Shown: piece after piece, positions 50,104-58,171 of the stretch
Layout: each line of letters begins with the position of its first letter
Position numbering within the stretch: the stretch's first letter is position 1
Assembly (NCBI GenBank): GCA_045600105.1
Contig: JAZRXG010000005.1
Location: forward strand, 25,939 to 89,938
DNA from: Eubacteriales bacterium
GTDB taxonomy: Bacteria > Bacillota > Clostridia > Oscillospirales > CAG-382
Length of the DNA stretch: 64,000 bases
Direction of reading: 5' to 3'
Position numbers and translations under genes: made by a program
The notes under the pieces: generated by a model
What the model was told of the DNA's origin: nothing
Database searches by the model: none
What the model saw: only the letters and a program-made list of their open reading frames with translations

Positions 50104-52263
50104 ATGGATATCATTGCAAGACTCACAAGTGAACTCGGAATCAGACAATCGCAGACCGAAGCCGCCGTCAAGCTGCTTGACGAAGGCAACACCGTGCCTT
50201 TCATAGCGCGTTACCGCAAGGAAGTCACGGGGTCGCTCGACGACGAGGTGCTGCGCAACCTCAGCGAAAGGCTCGCTTATCTGCGTTCTCTCGACGAACA
50301 GCGCGAAAAGGTACGCGCGTCCATCGAACAGCTCGGCGTTATGACCGACGAGATAAACGCCGCCCTCGACAACGCGGAAACGCTCACCGAGATCGACGAC
50401 ATCTACCGTCCCTACCGTCCCAAGAGAAAGACGCGCGCGTCCGTGGCAAAGGAAAAGGGACTGCAGCCGCTTGCCGACCTTATTTATGAGCAGGACCCCA
50501 AAACGACGGGCATACTTGAGATCGCATCGTCGTATATCAACGAAGAAAAAGGCGTCGCCACCGCCGAAGAAGCGCTTCAGGGCGCTCTCGACATAATCGC
50601 CGAAACCATCAGCGACAACGCCGAAGGCAGAAAACGCATACGCTACGTCTGCTCGCAGAACGGCTTCCTCCACTGCGTGGGCGACAAGGAAGACCTCGGC
50701 GTTTATGAAATGTACGCCGACAGACGCGAACCCATAAGCAAAGCGCCCGGTCACCGCGTGCTTGCTATGAACAGAGGCGAAAAAGAAGAATTCCTCAAGA
50801 TAAATATCGAATTTGACAAGGCGAAGGCGATGAAGATACTGTCGTCAATCCACGTCAAGGGCAGCTCCGAAGCGAGCGATTACGTCACTCAGGCAGCCGA
50901 AGACGCTTACGACCGCCTCATCTTCCCTTCCATCGAACGCGAGATACGCAGCGAGCTCACCGACAAGGCGTCCACCGACGCCATAAAGGTGTTTGCCGAA
51001 AACACCCGTCATCTGCTGATGCAGCCGCCCGTCCGCAGCTGCGTCACCATCGGTCTCGACCCCGGCTACCGTACCGGCTGCAAGGTCGCGGTCGTTGACG
51101 GAACGGGCAAGGTGCTCGACACGGGCGTCATCTACCCCGTACCTCCCCACAACAAGATAGCCGAAGCGAAGTCGATAGTCAGCAGATTCATCCGCAAATA
51201 CGGTGCCACAGTCATTGCCATCGGCAACGGCACCGCGTCGCACGAAACCGAGACTTTCGCCGCTGACCTCATCAAGGAGATAGGCGGAGGCGTTTCGTAC
51301 ATGGTCGTCAGTGAGGCAGGCGCGTCGGTCTACTCGGCGTCCAAGCTCGCGCAGACCGAATTCCCCGACTACGACGTCACCCTGCGCTCGGCGGTGTCCA
51401 TCGCGAGACGTCTGCAGGACCCGCTTTCCGAGCTCGTGAAGATAGACCCCAAAGCCATCGGCGTCGGACAGTATCAGCACGATATGCCCGAAAAGCAGCT
51501 CGGCGAAGCGCTTGACGGCGTCGTCGAGGCCTGCGTCAACTCGGTCGGTGCCGACATAAACACCGCGTCCGCTCCCCTGCTCTGCAGGATAGCCGGCATC
51601 AACAGCACCATCGCCAAGAATATAGTCGCCTACCGCGAAGAGAACGGCAAGTTCATTTCGCGCGCCGCCCTCAAAAAAGTCCCCAAGCTCGGACCCAAAG
51701 CGTTCGAGCAGTGCGCGGGCTTCCTGCGTGTGCCCGACGGCAGAAACGTTCTTGACCGCACCGCCGTCCACCCCGAAAGCTACGAAGCCGCCGAAGCGAT
51801 ACTTTCGCACTACGGCTACACCGACAAGGACGTGGCGCAGGGCAAGGTCACGGGGCTCAGCGAAAAAGTGGCGTCCGACGGAAGCGCGGCAATAGCCAAG
51901 GAGCTCGGCATCGGCGAGCCTACCCTCATCGACATCGTAAAAGAGCTCGAGCGTCCCGGACGCGACCCGCGTGACGAGCTGCCGCCTCCCATGCTCAGAA
52001 GCGACGTAATGGGGATAGAAGACCTCAAGACGGGAATGGAAATGAAAGGCACGGTCAGAAATGTCATCGACTTCGGCGCTTTCATCGACATCGGCGTCCA
52101 TCAGGACGGCCTCGTCCACGTCACGCAGATAAGCGACAGATTCATAAAGCATCCGTCCGAAGTGCTCAAGGTGGGCGACATCGTCACCGTATGGGTCCTC
52201 GGCGTCGACACCAAAAAGGGACGCATATCCCTTACGATGAAGAAGCCCAAGGATCAGATATAA
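50104..52263 (+). CDS. tex: Tex-like transcription accessory protein (YqgF plus S1 domains)
   Basis: 719 aa, N-terminal IARYRKE motif, YqgF/RuvC-like and HhH regions, C-terminal S1 domain (GTVRNVIDFGAFIDIG). Confidence 0.92.
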   Translation: MDIIARLTSELGIRQSQTEAAVKLLDEGNTVPFIARYRKEVTGSLDDEVLRNLSERLAYLRSLDEQREKVRASIEQLGVMTDEINAALDNAETLTEIDDIYRPYRPKRKTRASVAKEKGLQPLADLIYEQDPKTTGILEIASSYINEEKGVATAEEALQGALDIIAETISDNAEGRKRIRYVCSQNGFLHCVGDKEDLGVYEMYADRREPISKAPGHRVLAMNRGEKEEFLKINIEFDKAKAMKILSSIHVKGSSEASDYVTQAAEDAYDRLIFPSIEREIRSELTDKASTDAIKVFAENTRHLLMQPPVRSCVTIGLDPGYRTGCKVAVVDGTGKVLDTGVIYPVPPHNKIAEAKSIVSRFIRKYGATVIAIGNGTASHETETFAADLIKEIGGGVSYMVVSEAGASVYSASKLAQTEFPDYDVTLRSAVSIARRLQDPLSELVKIDPKAIGVGQYQHDMPEKQLGEALDGVVEACVNSVGADINTASAPLLCRIAGINSTIAKNIVAYREENGKFISRAALKKVPKLGPKAFEQCAGFLRVPDGRNVLDRTAVHPESYEAAEAILSHYGYTDKDVAQGKVTGLSEKVASDGSAAIAKELGIGEPTLIDIVKELERPGRDPRDELPPPMLRSDVMGIEDLKTGMEMKGTVRNVIDFGAFIDIGVHQDGLVHVTQISDRFIKHPSEVLKVGDIVTVWVLGVDTKKGRISLTMKKPKDQI

Positions 52264-52271
52264 AAAAAGCG

Positions 52272-52300
52272 CCTTCAGAACCGTGACACGGTTTTGAAGG
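52272..52300 (+). terminator. Hairpin downstream of tex (possible terminator, no clear U-tract)
   Basis: CCTTCAGAACCGTG-A-CACGGTTTTGAAGG long inverted repeat 9 nt after the tex stop. Confidence 0.35.
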
Positions 52301-52350
52301 TGATATCCCCGCTTCGCAAAGTTTATACGAAATTTACGGAGGAAAAGCTC

Positions 52351-52911
52351 ATGCCAATCAACGATATAACCGCGCCTTACGAATACGTTGTGCCGCAGGC
52401 CAACGAAGGAAAATACAAAAAACGCCGCATACTCCTGATAATCGCCTACATCCTCTTCCTGCCCGTCGTTTTCACGCTCATGATACTGCTGCCGTTCGGC
52501 AAGCTGATGATACCGCTCATGTGCCTCGGTCCCATCGCGCTCTGGATGATCGTCTTCTTCACGTGGAGATACGTCAGCATCGAATACGAATACTCGGTCG
52601 TTTCGGGCAGGGTGACGTTCGCGGTGGTATACGGCGGCAGAACGAGAAAAGAAAAGCTCACCTTTGCCCTCAAGGAATGCTCCGTGATCGCCCCTCTTGA
52701 CGAGGACGGCAAAAAGCGCCTTGATTCTTTCGCTCCCGACACCGTTTACAGCGCTCTTCCCAGAGAAGACGACGAGGACGCCTATTTCGCGTCCTTCACG
52801 AACGAGGACGGCAAGCGCGCAGCCTTCAAGTTCGAAGCGACCAACAAAATGATCTCCCTCTGCAAGCTCCACAACCTTGCCGCGACTACCGCGAAAAAAG
52901 TGAGATATTGA
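52351..52911 (+). CDS. Hypothetical membrane protein
   Basis: Track ORF trimmed to MPINDITAPYEY (GGAGG RBS). It has two adjacent TM helices, then a soluble region. No family recognised with confidence. Confidence 0.55.
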   Translation: MPINDITAPYEYVVPQANEGKYKKRRILLIIAYILFLPVVFTLMILLPFGKLMIPLMCLGPIALWMIVFFTWRYVSIEYEYSVVSGRVTFAVVYGGRTRKEKLTFALKECSVIAPLDEDGKKRLDSFAPDTVYSALPREDDEDAYFASFTNEDGKRAAFKFEATNKMISLCKLHNLAATTAKKVRY

Positions 52912-52944
52912 TATCCGTCGCAAAACGGCGTGTGAGGTGAATTT

Positions 52945-53304
52945 ATGGCGTTGAACAGAGTTTGCCCGAAGACCGAATTATGTATTGTCGGCGGAGGCAT
53001 TGCCGGGATAAGCGCCGCGATCACCGCTTCGCGCCTCGGGACCAAAGTCGTTCCGGTGCACGAACGTCCCGTATTCGGCGGAAACGCGTCGGGCAATATA
53101 CGTATGTTGATATGCGGAACGCAGCAATACGCCTATAAAGAAACGGGGCTGAACGAAGAGATAAATCCGTCAAATTTTTATTTCAACCCCACCAAGAACT
53201 ATTCTTTGTGGAACGCTCTTCTTTACGACAAAGTCGTATCCGAGCCGAATATCACGCCTCTGCTGAACTGCACCTGCTTCGACGCCGAAACGACGGGACA
53301 TTAA
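52945..53304 (+). pseudogene. FAD-dependent oxidoreductase, N-terminal fragment only (truncated)
   Basis: 119 aa starting with the dinucleotide-binding motif CIVGGGIAGISAA..ERPVFGGNAS. Relatives of this family are several-fold longer. The ORF stops where repeat copy 3 and the AT-rich cassette begin. Confidence 0.65.
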
Positions 53305-53333
53305 CTCTTCACTATTACTTTTTCACTGTTTCT

Positions 53334-53402
53334 CGGGACGTCGAGGACGCCGTCCACTGCAAAGCAAAAAAGGATTTCCGCATTTTTTCGCGGAAATCCT
53401 TT
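53334..53402. repeat. Mosaic intergenic repeat, copy 3 (modules A+B), left flank of the AT-rich cassette
   Basis: CGGGACGTCGAGGACGCCGTCCACTGCAAA (53334-53363) plus hairpin AAAGGATTTCCGC/GCGGAAATCCTTT (53369-53402). Same orientation as copy 4. Confidence 0.8.
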
Positions 53403-53426
53403 TTGCGTATTTAGATATAAAATATA

Positions 53427-53702
53427 TTATATGTTTTTCTTCAATTCATCAAGTTCGTCTTTGATTTTTTCAATGAATTCTTTTTTCTTTTTGGAATTCA
53501 AAAAATCATATTCGCTTCGTCCAACAAGGTAATCGATTGATACGTTGAAAAAATCAGCAAGACGTATTAATGCTTCGCCATCCGGTGATGTTTTTTCGGT
53601 TTCGTAATTAGATATAGTGCGTTGATCAATTCCGGTTGCATCCGCTAAATCTTTTTGTCGCATATCACGATCTTCTCTAAGGTCTTTGATTCTATTTTTC
53701 AT
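53427..53702 (-). CDS. XRE-family helix-turn-helix transcriptional regulator
   Basis: 91 aa. RIKDLREDRDMRQKDLADATGIDQRTISNYETEKTSP is a canonical HTH_3 motif. Confidence 0.88.
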   Translation of the reverse strand: MKNRIKDLREDRDMRQKDLADATGIDQRTISNYETEKTSPDGEALIRLADFFNVSIDYLVGRSEYDFLNSKKKKEFIEKIKDELDELKKNI

Positions 53703-53760
53703 TTTTTCTCCAATATCATAGCTTTTTTCTTTTAATATACTATTTTTTTAGTAAAAACTA

Positions 53761-53789
53761 TTGACATTCCAATATTTAACATATATACT
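53761..53789 (+). promoter_or_regulatory. Putative sigma-A promoter of the small-protein genes
   Basis: TTGACA (53761-53766), 17-nt spacer, TATACT (53784-53789), in the divergent region between the XRE gene and the lipoprotein gene. Confidence 0.5.
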
Positions 53790-53936
53790 ATATTCATACC
53801 AAGATTTTAGTATCCGGATGTAAGTATTCAATTAAAATAGCAGAAATTATATTGGTTGCTTGTTGCTATGGTATTAATTACAAAATAATTTGCTAGTATC
53901 GCATGTTATACTGTTATATTTTAAGGATGATTTATT

Positions 53937-54305
53937 ATGAAAAAACTTTTATTTGTTTATTTGCTATTTTTCACTTTTTGTTTGACAAGTTGCAGCCTAT
54001 TAGATGATATAAATCCTAAAGATGATGCTTATTGTTCTTCTGGAAACGTATCATTAAAATTCAATTTCGTCTCAAAATATTACTTCTTAGAATCCACAAT
54101 TACAAACACCGGAAGCGATGACGCAGATTATGTGACAGTTTATTGGTATTATGTAGATAATTACCAGAATAAAAAGTATGAACGGCAAACTTATATTGGG
54201 ACAATACCTGCCGGGAGCTCGGTTATTTTTTCATCAAGTCATTTTTTCGATCATTATGGTTGCGGGATAATAGATTACGGTATAAGCGAAATAAGGTGGG
54301 ATTAA
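53937..54305 (+). CDS. Small lipoprotein, unknown function
   Basis: 122 aa, signal peptide with lipobox L-T-S-C (residues 16-19), AAGGA RBS, beta-rich mature part. Confidence 0.65.
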   Translation: MKKLLFVYLLFFTFCLTSCSLLDDINPKDDAYCSSGNVSLKFNFVSKYYFLESTITNTGSDDADYVTVYWYYVDNYQNKKYERQTYIGTIPAGSSVIFSSSHFFDHYGCGIIDYGISEIRWD

Positions 54306-54306
54306 A

Positions 54307-54597
54307 ATGCTTTTGTTTATTATTGTCATTCTGATTAGTTTTGCAGGATGGAAAATATTATATAAAATTATTGCTGGTTCTGCAAAGCAAGCCAAAAATT
54401 ATAAAAATAATTATAAAGAAGATGTGAGAACACATGCGTTAATTAACACCATAAACAAAACGCAAGGTAATAATGCTCACGTTGATCAAGATTTAATTAA
54501 CCAACAACAAAACGACAAAAATGGATACTATTTTTGGCTGTTTATTACTATTGCTATTATTATATTTTTCGTGATTATATTCGTTACTTCCAAATAA
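54307..54597 (+). CDS. Small two-TM membrane protein, unknown function
   Basis: 96 aa. ATG lies 1 nt after the preceding stop. N- and C-terminal hydrophobic helices flank a Q/N/K-rich loop. Confidence 0.55.
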   Translation: MLLFIIVILISFAGWKILYKIIAGSAKQAKNYKNNYKEDVRTHALINTINKTQGNNAHVDQDLINQQQNDKNGYYFWLFITIAIIIFFVIIFVTSK

Positions 54598-54786
54598 TTT
54601 CTTTTGTAAATCATAAATCGACAATAGAAAGTCAAATGTCGAAATGCAAAACCGAACCAAAAACCCACACATCAGTATAGCACATCCAATTTCATAATTT
54701 CCAATCACAATCAAAACGTCGGGAACGCCTCCACTACAATATAATAATCCCAAATTACAAATCACTGAAAGCGAGAGATTCATAAA

Positions 54787-55059
54787 TTGAAAGCAAAAAG
54801 AAATGAAATAATTGTTTATATTATTGTATTGATTATTTCGGCACTTATTATATATTTTTTGGCAGAAACGCTTTTCCGTAACCATTTCGGTCTTCTAAGT
54901 GAAAAAGAACGTTTGGCAGCTTTGAACGAATACAATGAATCTCATTATATAGAAATGCACATTTATAAGTGCGGAAATTGCGGAACCGACTTTATCTGCG
55001 TTGACACTGAAACGCCTGCTTTTCAATGCTGCCCTGAGTGCGGAGCACTGTGGAAATAA
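54787..55059 (+). CDS. Small membrane-anchored zinc-ribbon protein, unknown function
   Basis: 90 aa (TTG start per the ORF track), N-terminal TM IIVYIIVLIISALIIYFL, C-terminal CGNC...CPEC zinc ribbon. Confidence 0.5.
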   Translation: MKAKRNEIIVYIIVLIISALIIYFLAETLFRNHFGLLSEKERLAALNEYNESHYIEMHIYKCGNCGTDFICVDTETPAFQCCPECGALWK

Positions 55060-55110
55060 CATTTGACACTAAACGATATTCTTAAAAAATCAATCACTCC
55101 TGACTGAAAT

Positions 55111-55200
55111 CGGGACGTCGAGGACGCCGTCCCCTACAAAGTCAAAAAGGATTTCCGTATCCGCGGAAATCCTTTCTTATTCGCTTAAGGCTTTTATGCT
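55111..55200. repeat. Mosaic intergenic repeat, copy 4 (modules A+B+C), right flank of the AT-rich cassette
   Basis: CGGGACGTCGAGGACGCCGTCCCCTACAAA (55111-55140), hairpin AAAGGATTTCCG/CGGAAATCCTTT (55146-55175), then CTTATTCGCTTAAGGCTTTTATGCT abutting the stop at 55202. Confidence 0.8.
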
Positions 55201-55201
55201 T

Positions 55202-56905
55202 TTACGCGATTTTTTCGTTCTCTTCTTTTTCAAGAACCGTATAGGCTATCTTGCCCACGAGGGTCTTGGGAAGCTCGGTCCTGAACTCGATATCGTAAGG
55301 CATTGCGTACTTTGCGATATGCTTTGAGCAGTACGCGAGGATGTCTTTTTTGAGCTCTTCGGACGGCGTATAGCCTTCCTTGAGGACGACGAAGACCTTT
55401 ATCTTCTGCATCTTGTACGGGTCCTTGACGCCGATGGCGCAGGACATCTGCACGGCTTCGTGTGCGTCGACGATGTTTTCGACCTGCGACGGATAGACGT
55501 TGTAGCCGCTGGTGATTATCATGCGTTTGATACGCTGCTTGAAATAGATGAAGCCTTCCTCATCCATATATCCGAGGTCGCCCGTGTGCAGCCACACCCT
55601 GCCGTCTGCGTGGACGCGGAGCGTATTGGCGTTTTCCTCGGGCTTATTGAGGTAGCCGAGCATGACGGAGGGGCCGGAAAGGCATATTTCGCCGTCGGTG
55701 CCGTAGTCGACCTCCTCGGTCGTTCCGGGGATGCAGATGGTGTAATAGGTGTCGGGATACGGGAAGCCGATGGAGCCTTCGCGGTACATATGGTACGGCG
55801 TGAGGCAGGACGCGGTCACACATTCGGTGGTGCCGTAGCCCTCGCGGATATGCACGGGAGAGCCGTGGTCGTCGAGGAATTTGTCGAACTTCTTTTTGAG
55901 CTCGATCGAAAGCGAGTCGCCGCCGGAGAACACGCCGCGCAAGAAATCGAGCCTGACTCCGTCAAGCGAATCGTCACGCGTGAGCGCCTCGAACAGAGTT
56001 GGGACGCCGGCGATGAAGTTGGGCTTTTTGGTCTTGATGAGCTTTGCGTAGTCCTTGACGTTGAAACGCGGAACGAGTATGGATTTGCCGCCGCTCATCA
56101 GCATTGTATGTACGCAGACGCCGAGTCCGAAGCCGTGGAACACGGGCATTGCCGCGAGCATCGAAAGTCCGGGGACTTTATAGCTCGACATTGCCTCGGT
56201 CTGAAGTCCGAGCGCGTTGAAATTGAGATTGGAAAGCTGGATGGCTTTGGTGGTGCCGGTCGTGCCGCCCGAGAAAAGGATGACGGCAGCCTCGTTTTTG
56301 TCCATCGAATACGCGTAGCCGTCTTTAACGGACGAAGCGCCTTTGACGAACGTCTTCCAGAGCATTACGTTTTCGCTTTCGTTGACCCTGGGGTTCTTTC
56401 TGCCGGCGGTAAGAGAAAAGCCTATCTTCTTGAGAGGGGCAAGCTCATCGCCCGCGGACGTAATGACGAGCTTTTTAAGGCTGACCTGCGGAAGCACCTC
56501 GGCGAACTTGGGGTAGAACTGGTCGAGGGTGACGGCGTATTTGCTGTCAACTTCCTTGAGGTAAAAGACTATTTCGCCCACCGCGGAAAGCGGATGGATC
56601 ATGCTTGCCACCGCGCCGATGCGGTTGAGGGCGTAAAGCATATAGATGACCTGAGGCACGTTGGGAAGGCAGAGGGTGACTCTGTCGCCGCGTCTGACGC
56701 CGAGAGCGTAAAACGCTTTTGCGGTCTCCTCGATCTTTTCTTTAAGAAGTGAATACTTTATGTTTCTGCCCATATACGAAAGCGCGACGTTCGACGGATA
56801 TTTTTCCGCCATTTCATAGACTCTTTCGCACATGGTGCATTCGGGATAATCAAGTTCAAACGGTATATCGCCGTAATTCTTGAGCCACGGGGTTCTGAGC
56901 GGCAT
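55202..56905 (-). CDS. AMP-dependent synthetase/ligase (acyl-CoA synthetase-like)
   Basis: 567 aa, AMP-binding motif FSGGTTGTTKA, TGD and GYG.TE motifs. Confidence 0.85.
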   Translation of the reverse strand: MPLRTPWLKNYGDIPFELDYPECTMCERVYEMAEKYPSNVALSYMGRNIKYSLLKEKIEETAKAFYALGVRRGDRVTLCLPNVPQVIYMLYALNRIGAVASMIHPLSAVGEIVFYLKEVDSKYAVTLDQFYPKFAEVLPQVSLKKLVITSAGDELAPLKKIGFSLTAGRKNPRVNESENVMLWKTFVKGASSVKDGYAYSMDKNEAAVILFSGGTTGTTKAIQLSNLNFNALGLQTEAMSSYKVPGLSMLAAMPVFHGFGLGVCVHTMLMSGGKSILVPRFNVKDYAKLIKTKKPNFIAGVPTLFEALTRDDSLDGVRLDFLRGVFSGGDSLSIELKKKFDKFLDDHGSPVHIREGYGTTECVTASCLTPYHMYREGSIGFPYPDTYYTICIPGTTEEVDYGTDGEICLSGPSVMLGYLNKPEENANTLRVHADGRVWLHTGDLGYMDEEGFIYFKQRIKRMIITSGYNVYPSQVENIVDAHEAVQMSCAIGVKDPYKMQKIKVFVVLKEGYTPSEELKKDILAYCSKHIAKYAMPYDIEFRTELPKTLVGKIAYTVLEKEENEKIA

Positions 56906-56932
56906 TAAGCTGACCTCTTTTCAATGGTATAT

Positions 56933-57862
56933 TCAATGACGGATAGTAAGATCTATCTCAGGTATGAAGGACGCGGGTTTGTCAAGATCCTCGGGATGCT
57001 CGAAGAAATAACGGAGCACCTTGAGACTGCGCGCGAAATAAACGCCGTCGGCGATACGTTCGTCGATGGTGAGCCCGAGCTCGAGCGAGTCGCGCATTTC
57101 GTAAGTGCCGTCGTCGTTATAGAACGGGCGTAACTTTTTGGTGTTGATGACGGCAAAGAACGAATTGGTTCCCCAGTTGCCCAGATGATGGTAGTCGGCG
57201 TGCATATTTATCGAGCCGAGGTTGGTAACGAAAGCGGTGGTGTAATAAGGATCGGCGTCGCAGGCGGACTTGGGCATCTTGCCGTGACGGTCGAGCCAGT
57301 GCATGACCTTGGCGACTATCTTGAGGATGGGGCCTGGTATCTTGGCAAGCGTACCGATCTTATCCATGGCGTCGGAGCCCGAATCTTCTGTGGCTCTTGC
57401 CTTGGTGGCGACCTGCTTCACCTTGGCGTTCAACTGATCGACCGGCGACACGTCGCTTTCGGTATCGTACGTCATCCTCACGAGGACTTCCTTGGAAGCA
57501 TCCACGAACTTCTTCTTGAGAGTAAAGGATAACGTGATGTCGTATCTTTCATAAAGCTTGTAGTTCGCGTAAAAACGGTTGAGCCACGGACGCATCTGGA
57601 TGGTCTTTGCGATAGCGGCACAGGTGAAATGGAAAAGAGTATATTTGAACTCGGGGTTGCCCTCGTTCTTTTTTGCAAGGAATTCGTCAACTTTGGTTAT
57701 GTCGAGGATCTCGTTGAGGACCGCTTCGTTATCGGCGCGGTTAACGATCATATACGACATGAATACGTGCATGGGGTCTGCGTCACGGACAAGAAAAGCG
57801 TCTTTTCTGTCGCCGAAGCGGCGTTTGCGTTTGGGTTTTTCGGAAGACATAGTACCACACAT
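56933..57862 (-). CDS. 2-oxoacid dehydrogenase acyltransferase catalytic-domain-like (CAT-fold) protein
   Basis: 309 aa with a C-terminal LTIDERIADG motif aligned to the DHRxxDG signature of the E2/CAT fold (His replaced by Glu). Upstream partner of the AMP-ligase gene. ATG 57850 is an alternative start. Confidence 0.55.
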   Translation of the reverse strand: MCGTMSSEKPKRKRRFGDRKDAFLVRDADPMHVFMSYMIVNRADNEAVLNEILDITKVDEFLAKKNEGNPEFKYTLFHFTCAAIAKTIQMRPWLNRFYANYKLYERYDITLSFTLKKKFVDASKEVLVRMTYDTESDVSPVDQLNAKVKQVATKARATEDSGSDAMDKIGTLAKIPGPILKIVAKVMHWLDRHGKMPKSACDADPYYTTAFVTNLGSINMHADYHHLGNWGTNSFFAVINTKKLRPFYNDDGTYEMRDSLELGLTIDERIADGVYFARSLKVLRYFFEHPEDLDKPASFIPEIDLTIRH

Positions 57863-57966
57863 CCAATTCTTAAGAAATTCTTAACACCATTGAATGATAC
57901 CATAATACGACTGAAATGTCAACCTTTTTTTCGCTTTTTCCGTTTTTTCAACACCCGTTAACAAAA

Positions 57967-58018
57967 CTCAGGCGTTCTTGTCGCGGCTCTTGAAAACAAG
58001 AGAAAACATCACGGCGAA
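57967..58018. repeat. 52-bp direct repeat, copy A (duplicate of the spoVAE 3' end)
   Basis: CTCAGGCGTTCTTGTCGCGGCTCTTGAAAACAAGAGAAAACATCACGGCGAA matches 59497-59548 at 50 of 52 positions. Confidence 0.9.
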
Positions 58019-58171
58019 AACATTCGGATTCTTTGCAGCGTCACAAACGAAAGCCCATACCGCTTTAATGACATATATGCGTCGAAAAAGCCGTATAGAC
58101 TTTGCGTTTTTATTGTATGACTCTACTGGACAATTTTTCTTATTTCAAAATATTGTCCAATAGACAAGTGA

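Larger units (their letters stand above)
53406..55110. other. AT-rich ~1.7-kb cassette (XRE regulator plus three small envelope proteins) bounded by direct repeats
   Basis: Abrupt compositional drop judged by eye, with different codon usage and Asn/Lys/Ile-rich proteins. Flanked by repeat copies 3 and 4. Confidence 0.7.

Noticed and set aside
54493-54885. 130-aa minus-strand ORF (or a 96-aa version from ATG 54783) in the AT-rich cassette, hydrophobic in its first half, filling the 189-nt gap between the 2-TM gene and the zinc-ribbon gene
   Set aside because: It has no Shine-Dalgarno sequence. Its start would sit 3 nt from the divergent TTG start of the zinc-ribbon gene, leaving no promoter space, and its last 35 codons are antisense to the 2-TM gene. 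It is kept only as an unresolved alternative; expression data would settle it.
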